From: Chlorobiota bacterium
GTDB taxonomy: Bacteria; Bacteroidota; Ignavibacteria; OLB7
Length of the DNA: 64,000 nucleotides
Assembly: GCA_028287785.1 (NCBI GenBank)
Contig: JAQBOZ010000007.1
Coordinates: forward strand, 271,393-335,392
Direction: 5' to 3'
Made by a program: the position numbers and the translations under genes. Of this stretch, positions 10,118-19,491 are shown in pieces. How positions within the stretch are numbered: the stretch's first letter is position 1; every line of letters starts with the position of its first letter. Under the pieces are notes generated by a model. It searched no databases and was not told where the DNA came from. It saw only the letters and a list, made by a program, of their open reading frames with translations.

Positions 10118-10921
10118 TCAGACCGGGGTGGCCGGATCGGTCTGCATCATCCCTTCGGCCCCACCTGCCGTCCCCTGCGCCGCGCCGCTGCCGCCGGAGG
10201 CCCGCCCGCCGTTCGATGAGCTTTTCCCCTTTGCGCCGGACTTCGCAGCCGAAGCCTTCGAGGCTGAAGCCTTCGAACCGCCTGACTTCGAGTCGCTCGA
10301 TTTCCGCGCCGTGGCTTTGGACGTGGCCGGCGTGCTCGCCGACTTCGAGGCCGATGCCCTGGAAGCGGGGGGCTTGGACGATGCACCCGACCCCCCTCCC
10401 TTCGGGGCGCTCTCCGCATCATCCTCTTCCGTCATGAGCGAGCCCTTGTCATATCCCTTCGACAGCGTCTTCATCGTGGCAAGCGCTGCCTCCTCCTCCT
10501 GAAGGTTGGCGCTGAGGAGCTCCACGGCCTTGTCCATGCCAAGCACCTGGGCTATTTCGATCAGCGCCTCGTAGGCGGTTATCTCGTAACGCTCGGTCTT
10601 GGCGGCGGCGGTCAGGTTGGCGTATTCCAGGATCTCCGGCGTGGGCTTCTCCTTCTTCGTGAAATCCTTTTTCTCCTTGAGCAGTCCCTCGATCGCCGGG
10701 CACTTCTCCGCCTCGGGCGCCTCGCCGAACAGCTTGAAGACCTGCTTCAGTCGCTTGATCTGTCCCAGCGTTTCCTTCTTGTGTGCAGTGAACGCGCGTT
10801 TGATCTCCCGGCTTTTCGATTCACCGGCCAGCTCATCCAGCGCGTCAACAAGCCTGTGTTCGGCATAGTAGATATCCTTGAGATCATGCTCGAACAACTC
10901 GCTCAGCGTTTTGACGGCCAT
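10118..10921 (-). CDS. yciF: YciE/YciF (DUF892) ferritin-like protein with Lys/Ser/Ala-rich C-terminal tail
   Basis: LKDIYYAE, HKKETLGQIKRL, CPAIEGL, KTERYEITAY, NLQEE; start MAVKTL at 10921. Confidence 0.85.
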   Translation of the reverse strand: MAVKTLSELFEHDLKDIYYAEHRLVDALDELAGESKSREIKRAFTAHKKETLGQIKRLKQVFKLFGEAPEAEKCPAIEGLLKEKKDFTKKEKPTPEILEYANLTAAAKTERYEITAYEALIEIAQVLGMDKAVELLSANLQEEEAALATMKTLSKGYDKGSLMTEEDDAESAPKGGGSGASSKPPASRASASKSASTPATSKATARKSSDSKSGGSKASASKASAAKSGAKGKSSSNGGRASGGSGAAQGTAGGAEGMMQTDPATPV

Positions 10922-11140
10922 TGCTCTATCCTTCCTTTTCGAATGATGATTTGATGATTGCCCTGCAATGGCCCGGCTGGCATGCCAGCGGCCCATTCTG
11001 TTACCGGCGTTGTGAGAGTCATGGCAGATGGGAAAACAAGTCTCATGCCAGTGAAGCCGTCTTCTGCCGTCCCCATAAACGACGGAAGCCCCGATCGTTA
11101 CGATCGGAGCTTCGATAATCACATCCGCGATGTCCCCTGA

Positions 11141-11686
11141 TTACGCGGGCATTTCCACCGAGTATCCTTTGGTCCCAAGCTGCTCTCCCATGGCCGCGTA
11201 GGCGGCGGGATCTTCCGGCGCCCAGGTTGCCAGACCATCCACATACCGGTTGTACATGCAGAACGCCGCGGCAATCAGCACCGTGTCATGGATCTCGATA
11301 TCGGTGGCCCCCTGCGCGCGGGCATCGGCGATATCCTCGGCGCTCACGCTTCGCGCGTCGCGCTGCACCTTGCCGGCGATCGCCAGCAGGGATTTCAGTT
11401 TCTCGCTGATCGCGGCGCTCCGGTAATCGCGCCGCACGGCGTTCACCAGATCATCATCACCATCAAGATGGAATGCCGCCACCGCCCCGTGGCAGCTATG
11501 GCAGAATGTGCACTCGTTGAGATAGGAGACGTAGGTGGCGATCAGCTCACGCTCAGAGCGTTCGAGCGAGTTCGGCGCAACCAGCAATACGTTCGCCAGT
11601 TCGTTCATCGGCCTGGCTGTTTCGGGACGGAAGGCCATTGGCCCCACGATGCCGGGAAGCCCTTCCGGGAGTGAAATATGAGCCAT
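11141..11686 (-). CDS. AhpD/carboxymuconolactone decarboxylase-like peroxidase-related protein
   Basis: ERELIATYVSYLNECTFCHSCH (CxxC), MYNRYVDGL; start MAHISL at 11686. Confidence 0.85.
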   Translation of the reverse strand: MAHISLPEGLPGIVGPMAFRPETARPMNELANVLLVAPNSLERSERELIATYVSYLNECTFCHSCHGAVAAFHLDGDDDLVNAVRRDYRSAAISEKLKSLLAIAGKVQRDARSVSAEDIADARAQGATDIEIHDTVLIAAAFCMYNRYVDGLATWAPEDPAAYAAMGEQLGTKGYSVEMPA

Positions 11687-12084
11687 GAGAAATAGTTGAT
11701 AAGTGATTCTGATGAAAAGCCCGAAAGGGCCGCCCCTGGAAAGGCCCGCACACGCGGGCCAACGCCGCATTCCGCTATCGGCTTTAACAGTTGCGCGATC
11801 GTTCAGGGTGTGGAATAATGCGAATATCAGCGGTGATTTCCAATCCGGCGACCTCCCACCAACGGGCGTAACAGCGCATTGACGGGCATTACCGTCCCAC
11901 GCGCCAATTCTTATATACGCAATTATTATGATCATCCGGGATATGGTTAACTCCGTATATTAAATGGCGACTACATCAGAGCGCTTCCCTTTTTGACAGT
12001 CTCTCACTGCCGCATCGCACCGACGTTCCCCGCGTGCTCGATGAGAGCATTGTTTTCTATACAGAAACAGCACGAGATCCGGAT

Positions 12085-15000
12085 ATGCAATCAGGCTATT
12101 ATCGCTTCCCGACCGTACAGGCAAATACTGTGATATTCACCAGCGAGGACGATCTGTGGTCGGTTTCCACCGATGGTGGAATCGCCCGCCGTCTGACATC
12201 GAGCCTCAGCGAGGCGGCGCGGCCGGTCCTCTCTCCCGATGGCACATGGCTGGCATTCATGGCGCGCGAGGAGGGGCATTATGAACTGTATTCCATGCTT
12301 GCGTCCGGGGGTGAAGCAAAGCGCCTCACCTTTTTCGGCACCAATACCCGCCCGGTCGGCTGGAGCCGCGATGGCTCGCAGATCCTCTTCGTCACCAACT
12401 ACGGGCAGCCGTTCAGAAATATCACCCGCGTCTATTCCGTTGCGCCGGAGGGTGGAACCATCACCGAGATCCCAGTCGGCCCGGCAACCAGCATCTCCTA
12501 CAGCCCCGTGCGCGGAACGGTTATCGGCCGCAACACGCACGACACGGCCCGCTGGAAACGCTATCGCGGCGGCACCGCGGGGGATCTCTGGATCGATACC
12601 GATGACGATGGAAATTTCCACAGGCTGATCACCCTTCAGGCGAACCTGGACGCGCCGATGTGGGTCGGGGAACGGATCTATTTCCTGAGCGATCACGAGG
12701 GATACAGCAACATCTATAGCTGCACCCCCGCCGGCGCCGATCTCCGTCGCCATACCGACCACGACAAGTACTACTGCCGCAACGCCTCAACCGATGGCAG
12801 GCGCATCGTCTATCACGCCGGCGCCGATATCTATCTCTTCGATCCCGAGCTCGATCAGTCATCCCGCATCGCGATCGAATATCACTCCCCGCGCACGCAG
12901 CGGAGCCGCAAGTTCATCCAGGGAGGCAATTATCTCCAGAGCTACGGGCTCCACCCGAAGGGGCATTCCACGGCACTTGTGGTGCGCGGCAAGCCTATCA
13001 CGCTGGGGAATTTCGCCGGCCCGGTTGTGCAGCATGGCGATCAGGACGGAACGCGCTACCGCTATGCATCCTACCTGAACGACGGCAAGCGCCTGGTGGC
13101 GCTGAGCGACCGCGGAGGCGAGGAGACGATCGTGATTCTGGGGGGTGATGGCTCGGAGGAGGAGGACCGTCTGGAGGGGCTGGAGATCGGCCGGCCCACC
13201 AACTTCGTGATCTCCCCGAAGAAGAACCAGGTGGCGTTCTCCAATCACCGGAATGAGGTGATCGTGGTCGATCTGGACACGCGCGAGCTGAAGCTGATCG
13301 ACCGGAGCAAGACGCTCCACGATTCCGGGCTCGCGTGGTCGCCGGACGGTCGCTGGCTGGCGTTCAATCACGCGGAGGTGCCGGAGACATCGTACCTGAT
13401 GATCGCGAACGTGGAGACGGGCGACAAGCATCAGATCACCGAGCCGCTCCTCTCCGATCTTGCGCCGGCGTTCGATCCGGAGGGACGCTATCTCTACTTC
13501 CTCTCCTACCGCGAGTTCGATCCGGTATACGACAATCTCCATTTCGATCTCGGCTTCCCGCGTGGAATGCGCCCCTACCTGATCACTCTCCGCAAGGATG
13601 TCCCCAACCCCTTCATGCCGAAGCCGAAGGCCCCGGCCAAGGAGATGCCGCAACTGGACACGGAGAAGAAAAGGGAGGAGAAGAAGGAGCTGGAAGTGAC
13701 GATCGATTTCGATGGGATCACCCGTCGGCTTCTCCCATTCCCGGCCAAGGACGCGAAGTACAGCCAGGTGATCGGCACGCGCAACAAGGTCTATTTCGTC
13801 AGCCTCCCGATCGAGGGAAGCCTGACCCCCGCAACCCCCGGCGAGACCTCGCCAAGCGGGAAGCTGGAGTCGTTCGATTTCGAGACGCAGAAGCTGGAGT
13901 CGTCGGTCGGCGGCGTGAGCGATCTGGATGTCTCGCGCGATGGCAACACGCTGATCTATCGTTCAGGCAAGCGGCTCCGCGTCTTCGCGGCCGGCACCAG
14001 GCCGGAGGAGAAGGAAGGGGTTGAGGACCCCGGCTCGAACAGCGGATGGATCGATCTCAACAGGGCCCGCATATCGATAGCGCCGGGGGCGGAGTGGCGG
14101 CAGATGTATCGCGAGGCATGGCGCCTTCAGCGCGATTTCTTCTGGACCGAGGGGATGCTCGGCATCAACTGGGAGCAGGTCTACTCGCTCTACCTGCCGC
14201 TGCTGGAACGGATCGGCTCGCGCTCGGAGTTCAGCGATCTTATCTGGGAGATGCACGGGGAGCTGGGCACATCCCACGCCTACGAGATGGGAGGCGATTA
14301 CCGCCAGCCGCCGACATATGCCCAGGGCTTCCTGGGAGGCGATCTCCATTACGATGAGACGGCACAGGCCTGGACGATCGGTCGAATCATCAGGGGCGAT
14401 GCATGGAGCCAGCAGTATGGCTCACCGCTGGAATCAGCCGGCGTCAATATCAGCGAGGGGGACAGGATCATCGCGATCAACGGCCGGAAGGTTTCCCGGA
14501 CCCGCTCGCCATATGAGCAGCTTGTGAACACCGCCGGCACGGAGATCTCGGTCACGTTTTCGCCGAAGGACTCGGATGAGCCGAAGGTTGCCACGTTCCG
14601 CGCGCTGCGCGATGAAACCCCCGTCCGCTATCGCGAATGGGTGGAGAACAACCGCCGCCACGTGCATGAGTCCACCAACGGCAAGGTGGGATATGTCCAC
14701 GTCCCGAACATGGGCCCGCTCGGCTACAGCGAGTTCCACCGCGGGTTCCTGAGCGAAGTGGGACACGATGCCCTTATCGTCGATGTCAGGTTCAATGGCG
14801 GCGGCCATGTTTCGCAGCTCATCCTGGAGAAGCTGGGGCAGAAGCGTATCGGCTACCGTCTCTCCCGCCATGCTCTCCCGGAGCCGTACCCTCTCTACGC
14901 CGTCGGCGGGCCCATCGTGGCGCTGACGAACGAGAACGCCGGAAGCGATGGCGATATCTTCTCGCACGGCTTCAAGCTGATGAAGCTCGGGCCGCTGATC

Positions 15001-15327
15001 GGAAAACGGACGTGGGGCGGAGTGGTCGGCATCTGGCCGCGCAACCCGCTGGTGGATGGCTCGGTGACCACGCAGCCGGAGTTTTCGACCTGGTTCGAGG
15101 ATGTGAAGTGGGGGCTGGAGAACTACGGAACCGATCCCGATATCGATGTCGATATCACGCCGCAGGATCATGTGAAGAAGTACGATTCGCAGCTCGAACG
15201 GGCGATCCGCGAAACGCTCCGGCTGATGCAGGAGAAGCCCTTCACCCTTCCGTTCTTCGACGAGCGCCCCACGATGGCGCCGGAACCGCTCCCGAAGCGG
15301 GTCACGACCAACGGCATCAGCCGGTAA
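12085..15327 (+). CDS. Tricorn-like protease (peptidase S41)
   Basis: WKRYRGGTAG, two beta-propellers, GELGTSHAY, PDZ, GYVHVPNM, DVRFNGGG, AGSDGD catalytic Ser, GKRTWGG; start MQSGYY at 12085. Confidence 0.95.
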   Translation: MQSGYYRFPTVQANTVIFTSEDDLWSVSTDGGIARRLTSSLSEAARPVLSPDGTWLAFMAREEGHYELYSMLASGGEAKRLTFFGTNTRPVGWSRDGSQILFVTNYGQPFRNITRVYSVAPEGGTITEIPVGPATSISYSPVRGTVIGRNTHDTARWKRYRGGTAGDLWIDTDDDGNFHRLITLQANLDAPMWVGERIYFLSDHEGYSNIYSCTPAGADLRRHTDHDKYYCRNASTDGRRIVYHAGADIYLFDPELDQSSRIAIEYHSPRTQRSRKFIQGGNYLQSYGLHPKGHSTALVVRGKPITLGNFAGPVVQHGDQDGTRYRYASYLNDGKRLVALSDRGGEETIVILGGDGSEEEDRLEGLEIGRPTNFVISPKKNQVAFSNHRNEVIVVDLDTRELKLIDRSKTLHDSGLAWSPDGRWLAFNHAEVPETSYLMIANVETGDKHQITEPLLSDLAPAFDPEGRYLYFLSYREFDPVYDNLHFDLGFPRGMRPYLITLRKDVPNPFMPKPKAPAKEMPQLDTEKKREEKKELEVTIDFDGITRRLLPFPAKDAKYSQVIGTRNKVYFVSLPIEGSLTPATPGETSPSGKLESFDFETQKLESSVGGVSDLDVSRDGNTLIYRSGKRLRVFAAGTRPEEKEGVEDPGSNSGWIDLNRARISIAPGAEWRQMYREAWRLQRDFFWTEGMLGINWEQVYSLYLPLLERIGSRSEFSDLIWEMHGELGTSHAYEMGGDYRQPPTYAQGFLGGDLHYDETAQAWTIGRIIRGDAWSQQYGSPLESAGVNISEGDRIIAINGRKVSRTRSPYEQLVNTAGTEISVTFSPKDSDEPKVATFRALRDETPVRYREWVENNRRHVHESTNGKVGYVHVPNMGPLGYSEFHRGFLSEVGHDALIVDVRFNGGGHVSQLILEKLGQKRIGYRLSRHALPEPYPLYAVGGPIVALTNENAGSDGDIFSHGFKLMKLGPLIGKRTWGGVVGIWPRNPLVDGSVTTQPEFSTWFEDVKWGLENYGTDPDIDVDITPQDHVKKYDSQLERAIRETLRLMQEKPFTLPFFDERPTMAPEPLPKRVTTNGISR

Positions 15328-15605
15328 CGCTCCCGAAACCACGATGATATTCCAGACGAGGCGGCCCGTTGTACGGGTCGCCTCGATTCGTTTGAGGGAG
15401 GGCCAGAACCCGCACCGCAACGGAGGACAAACGGCACCGATACGCTTCACCGGATAGAGGAACACGTCATGTGCAATTTTCGCTGTTCATCTCATCTTAC
15501 TGATTGGAAGATCGATGTGGTCTTCAGCCAAAACAGTGTGCCGGACAAGCTCCCGGAGCCTTGTAACGGCGCGTACAACCCATCCCTACTTTTAGGAGGC
15601 ATCTC

Positions 15606-16025
15606 ATGAAAGCCTATCTCCGCATGTTCCTTGCGGCAGTTGTCGTAGCGCTGTTCGCAATGCTCGGAAACCCGGCCAGCACAACGGCACAGCCGTGCGG
15701 CACCATCACCTACGTCAACACGACCGGGTTCAACGTCACCATCGGCCTCTGGACGGCGCCGGCAATTCTGCCCGTCGGCGTTCCTCCCGGCGGAAGAATC
15801 ATCCAGCCATTGCCCGGCCCCGTCAATGTGATGGGTGTCTTCGGCGCCAGCGGCGCGGCGTATCCCTGGGCACCGAATCCTTTTCCGCCACCGCCGTTCT
15901 GGTTGTCCAGCGTTCAGCTTGCCACGGCCCCTCCACCGAACATGTGCTACAACGTCTTCTGGGACCCCGCGACATGCACGGTGACGATCGTCGCCTTTGG
16001 GCCTGCTCCGTGCGTCAACCCGTGA
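15606..16025 (+). CDS. Secreted Pro-rich, almost uncharged small protein
   Basis: AGGAGG RBS, signal peptide ending TTA|Q, 4 Cys, downstream hairpin. Confidence 0.8.
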   Translation: MKAYLRMFLAAVVVALFAMLGNPASTTAQPCGTITYVNTTGFNVTIGLWTAPAILPVGVPPGGRIIQPLPGPVNVMGVFGASGAAYPWAPNPFPPPPFWLSSVQLATAPPPNMCYNVFWDPATCTVTIVAFGPAPCVNP

Positions 16026-16055
16026 TCGGGCATGGCGTACGTGATGGATAATCGA

Positions 16056-16097
16056 ATGGCGCCGGCCCCCGGATGGGGAACCGGCGCCATTCTTGTT
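16056..16097 (+). terminator. Intrinsic terminator
   Basis: AATGGCGCCGG...CCGGCGCCATT followed by CTTGTTT. Confidence 0.65.
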
Positions 16098-16142
16098 TCC
16101 AGGATCTTCAGGACCCGCCATCCAACAGCACATCGACGATTC

Positions 16143-16451
16143 GGTAGTGACTCAGGTTGAATCCGGCCTTCCATCTGCTGAACAATCATCGGGCGGCGAT
16201 CCCTCCTTCTCTCTTCAAGCTCCAGAGGAGCGCGCCGATTGTAGCAACGATAGTTCCATCTCCCGCTCAAGCTCCATCGGAGCGTACCATCCCCGCATCC
16301 GTGCCGAACGGTACGCTCCGATGGAGCTTGAGATCATCGAAGACGTGGCATCGCTACAACCGGTACGCCCCGATGGGGCTGGAAGGAGAGATGCGGAATG
16401 CCCTCGATGAGCCCGAACAGCATGAGCCTTGTCCCAAACTGAGTCACTACC
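16143..16451 (+). mobile_element. MITE family A copy 1 (309 bp) with internal nested REP-like hairpins
   Basis: TIRs GGTAGTGACTCAGGTTG / CAAACTGAGTCACTACC; flanks GACGATTC (16135-42) and GACGGTTC (16452-59) form an 8-bp TSD with 1 mismatch. Confidence 0.85.
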
Positions 16452-16590
16452 GACGGTTCCGTGCGATGACATCGATGGGGGAAGGCATCCCTCCGTCGAA
16501 GACAGTCCCGGCTTCCACGGGGAGGCGCGCGGGAAATTTCCGGAGAGCACGGTCGTGGCGCGGCCCACGGATCTGCCGGGCATATCGCAT

Positions 16591-16628
16591 AAAAAAAGGC
16601 GCCGAACAGTAACGCTGTTCGGCGCCTT
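16591..16628 (-). terminator. Terminator of tRNA-Val
   Basis: Minus strand AAGGCGCCGAACAG-CGTTA-CTGTTCGGCGCC followed by a T run. Confidence 0.85.
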
Positions 16629-16644
16629 ACGTGTATGCTCTACG

Positions 16645-16718
16645 TGGGGTTAGTAGGATTCGAACCTACGACCTCATCCATGTCAAGGATGCGCGCTAAC
16701 CAACTGTGCCATAACCCC
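16645..16718 (-). tRNA. tRNA-Val(GAC)
   Basis: GGGGTTA acceptor, CAGTTGGTTAG D-loop, CATCC-TTGACAT-GGATG anticodon arm, GGTTCGAATCC T-arm; no encoded CCA. Confidence 0.95.
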
Positions 16719-16745
16719 GGTAATCCCCTCGCGTTCGAAGGGCTA

Positions 16746-16753
16746 CAAATATA
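16746..16753 (-). promoter_or_regulatory. Bacteroidota-type -7 promoter element for tRNA-Val
   Basis: TATATTTG (TAnnTTTG) 27 bp upstream of the tRNA. Confidence 0.7.
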
Positions 16754-16847
16754 GCCAGCGGATAGAGGCCGATCCAAGATTTTTTTGCCGCGGGGATGAA
16801 TTGTAACGATGATCCGTGATCATCCCATTAAGCGAAATCCACGGAAA

Positions 16848-16880
16848 TTTGTTCTTTCCCATACAGATGATGTAGGTTTG
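16848..16880 (+). promoter_or_regulatory. Bacteroidota-type -33/-7 promoter for the lipoprotein gene
   Basis: TTTG (16848) -21 bp- TAGGTTTG (16873). Confidence 0.65.
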
Positions 16881-17000
16881 CAGCGTTTGGAACCTGCCAC
16901 TCGTGCTACGAGAGATCGTAATTCATGGCTCCCCTGGGAGTCGCCAGCATCCCGGCTGACCGGCCGGAGATAACATTCACATCAAAAGGAAGTCATTCCG

Positions 17001-17432
17001 ATGAAATCACGCGCTCTGTTCATGGCCGGATGCCTCTTTGCTCTCGGCATCGCATCGTGCGGCCCGAAGACCGAAACGCCTCCGCCCGCCGATACCAACG
17101 CAGTCAAGATGGACACCGGCATGGTGAAGCACGCCGATACCACGCCGGTCGCCGTCGATACCGCCAAGAAGACCGATACGATGACGCTGAAGCCGAACGA
17201 CTCGCTGAAGCACTCCGACAGCGTCAAGAAGGTCGAGACCACCGGCACGAAGAAGGAGACCAAGCCGGTCGTCAAGCCAACCGGCTCGAAGCCAGCAACC
17301 GACAACGGCACCGGCGGAACCCCGTCGGACGCCAGCAAGCCACGCCGCAGCGGCAACGGCAGTGTGATGAACACCAATCCGCCCGCCGAGAACAACGGTG
17401 GCGCGGTCGGCTCGTCGAAGCCCCGCCGATAA
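17001..17432 (+). CDS. Low-complexity lipoprotein with repeated D-S/T motifs
   Basis: Lipobox LGIASC; Thr/Lys/Pro/Asp-rich disordered body. Confidence 0.8.
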   Translation: MKSRALFMAGCLFALGIASCGPKTETPPPADTNAVKMDTGMVKHADTTPVAVDTAKKTDTMTLKPNDSLKHSDSVKKVETTGTKKETKPVVKPTGSKPATDNGTGGTPSDASKPRRSGNGSVMNTNPPAENNGGAVGSSKPRR

Positions 17433-17457
17433 GCTCATCATTCGTGATAGCGGTAAC

Positions 17458-17520
17458 ACCGCCCGTCCCTCTCAGGAGGCGACGGGCGGTTTACGTTTGA
17501 GCCGCCCGTCGCCTCCTGAG
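17458..17520. terminator. Overlapping alternative hairpins between convergent genes
   Basis: Perfect 19-bp IR CTCAGGAGGCGACGGGCGG/CCGCCCGTCGCCTCCTGAG (17471-17520) overlaps ACCGCCCGTC/GACGGGCGGT (17458-17490). Confidence 0.55.
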
Positions 17521-17561
17521 GCGGAACCCGCACGGACACCGGATTCCCTGAGGTTGAAGCA

Positions 17562-18968
17562 TCAGTCGGATGAAACGGAAAGCTCATCATCATCGATCAT
17601 GGTGGGGGGCTTTCTTCGTATCGCCCCGGCGATGCCATCCGCGATCGCAAGGAGCAGAAATCCCCCCCACTCGATCATCAGAATCTCGGTCAGCTCCCGT
17701 GGAGGGGATGACATATATGTCAGATAGGTGAAGGGCCCGGCAAGCGCCGCCCAGAGCCACGCCTTCCTGAGGTAGCCGCCGGAGATAAACGGCAGCAGGA
17801 TCAGCGGCGCGGTGAAGTACCAGATATGAACCTTCGCCCCAAGCACGATCTGCACCGTCGTGATCAGCAGCGCGCGCCACGCCAGCCCCTCCACCGTGCG
17901 GCGGCGCAGCGGCCAGAGAAGAATCCCCAGCAGCAGCGTCAGATGCGTGCCGGTACAGACATTCCCGGCAATCACGTTCGATGGCTTGATATGCCGGTAA
18001 TCGAGCCATCCCTTTATGGCGTAATAGAAGCCGCCGTTGAACTCGTAGAAGTTGGTGAACCGCCCCAGCACGGTGCTGTAGGTCCTCAGCACATCGGGAT
18101 CGAGAAGAGCGCCCAGGAGGAGCAGAGAGGAGGCCGCCAGAACCGCTCCGGCGATGACCGTGCGACGATCCAGCCAGCGGAACCAGAGCGCGAGCAACGG
18201 CAGCGGATAGAGGCGCATCCCCCCGCCGAATGCCAGAGCCCCAAGCCCGCCCCCCAACCCGCCGCAGGCATACCCATACAGCCCCCCGGCCAGCCCCAGC
18301 ACCCAGAAGGCATCGGTGTGCCCCTGCCCCGCTATCTCCACCACCGCCAGCGGATGCCATGCGTACAGAAGGATATGGCGCAATGGAATCCCCAGCTTCT
18401 CCAGCGCCGCGATCGCCAGAATAATCCCGAGCATTTCCGCGGCGATCGCCATCAGCTTGTAGGCGTAATAGCCCACCATGTACTCGCTTCCAACCAGCTC
18501 CGACACGGCCATCCCGGCGGCGAACACCAGTTGCGTGCCGGGAGGATAGATCGTGTTGGTGGTGGGATATCCCTGACGACGGAACAGCTCATCGTGAAAC
18601 CGGGAGAGCGAGCTGTCCGCCGGCACATGGAGATACGGGTTGATGCCGTGCAGCAGAAGCCGCCCGTCCCACAGATACCTGTAGGCGTCGTCGGAGAGGG
18701 AGGGGAGCATCGGGAGGGCCAGAAGGCGGAGCAGCAGGGCGATGCCGATGATGGTCCGTCGCGTGGGAACGATGCCGCGCCGGCCAAGCACCTGATGAGC
18801 GATGTAGAGAAGAAGCGTGGCGGAGGTGACAAGCGCCAGATACGAACCATGCGCGACCCGGAGATCGCCGAGGAACGGCAGAGGCGCCAGCAGCGCGGCC
18901 ACCAGAAGGCCGATGATGCGCGCCGGACGGTCGCCGGAAACCGGCGGGGATGCTGGGGTGATAGCCAT
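17562..18968 (-). CDS. GT-C fold membrane glycosyltransferase (GT87/DUF2029-like)
   Basis: LSDDAYRYLWDGR, GINPY, TIYPP, AWHPLAVVEIAGQGHTD, HIWY; many TM helices. Confidence 0.85.
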   Translation of the reverse strand: MAITPASPPVSGDRPARIIGLLVAALLAPLPFLGDLRVAHGSYLALVTSATLLLYIAHQVLGRRGIVPTRRTIIGIALLLRLLALPMLPSLSDDAYRYLWDGRLLLHGINPYLHVPADSSLSRFHDELFRRQGYPTTNTIYPPGTQLVFAAGMAVSELVGSEYMVGYYAYKLMAIAAEMLGIILAIAALEKLGIPLRHILLYAWHPLAVVEIAGQGHTDAFWVLGLAGGLYGYACGGLGGGLGALAFGGGMRLYPLPLLALWFRWLDRRTVIAGAVLAASSLLLLGALLDPDVLRTYSTVLGRFTNFYEFNGGFYYAIKGWLDYRHIKPSNVIAGNVCTGTHLTLLLGILLWPLRRRTVEGLAWRALLITTVQIVLGAKVHIWYFTAPLILLPFISGGYLRKAWLWAALAGPFTYLTYMSSPPRELTEILMIEWGGFLLLAIADGIAGAIRRKPPTMIDDDELSVSSD

Positions 18969-18978
18969 CGATCGCCGG

Positions 18979-19422
18979 CTACTCCTTGGGACAGAGAAAC
19001 GCCACGCGGGTTCCGTGCCCCGTGTCCGTTACCTGAAGATCGCCCATCAGTGCCCGGATCAGGAACATCCCCCGGCCTCCTTCAAGCATCAGGTTCTCAG
19101 GGCTCACGGGGTCGGCGATATCATCAGGATCGAACCCATCCCCCTCATCCTCCACCACGCAGTAGATCCCCTCGGCGCGGGCCTCCAGCGTATAGCGAAC
19201 GGACTTCGCGGGGTCCAGCCTGTTGCCGTGGACGATGGCGTTGTTCACCGCCTCGGTCATCGCCACCACAAGATTGAAGAATTGCCCGTCGCTCAGGGTA
19301 TAGTCGGCGCGGATCCCTTCCAGGAGCCGTGGCAGCGCGGAGATCTCCTCCCTGGTGGTGTGGAAATCGCGCGCGAGCAGTATGTGAGGAGTCTGTGTCA
19401 CGGAGGATCGGATGTTGATCAT
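18979..19422 (-). CDS. RsbW-like anti-sigma factor / Ser kinase (HATPase_c_2)
   Basis: EAVNNAIVHGN, DEGDGFDP, GGRGMFLI. Confidence 0.9.
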   Translation of the reverse strand: MINIRSSVTQTPHILLARDFHTTREEISALPRLLEGIRADYTLSDGQFFNLVVAMTEAVNNAIVHGNRLDPAKSVRYTLEARAEGIYCVVEDEGDGFDPDDIADPVSPENLMLEGGRGMFLIRALMGDLQVTDTGHGTRVAFLCPKE

Positions 19423-19491
19423 AAGCCGGAGCGCGAAGATAACCGCTTGCCGGAGATTCCACCGCCGGATGCCGACGAAAAATGCTCATAT

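Noticed and set aside
16157..16612. ORFs MNP(A/V)FHLLNNHRAAIP... in two MITE copies (also 63275-63574)
   Set aside because: They start at a TTG at the TIR edge, have no RBS or transposase motifs, and the similarity is explained by DNA-level duplication of a GC-rich palindrome
16143..16718. Genomic island integrated at tRNA-Val (or at tRNA-His, 49878)
   Set aside because: No integrase, no duplicated tRNA 3' end, and both tRNAs keep their native terminators
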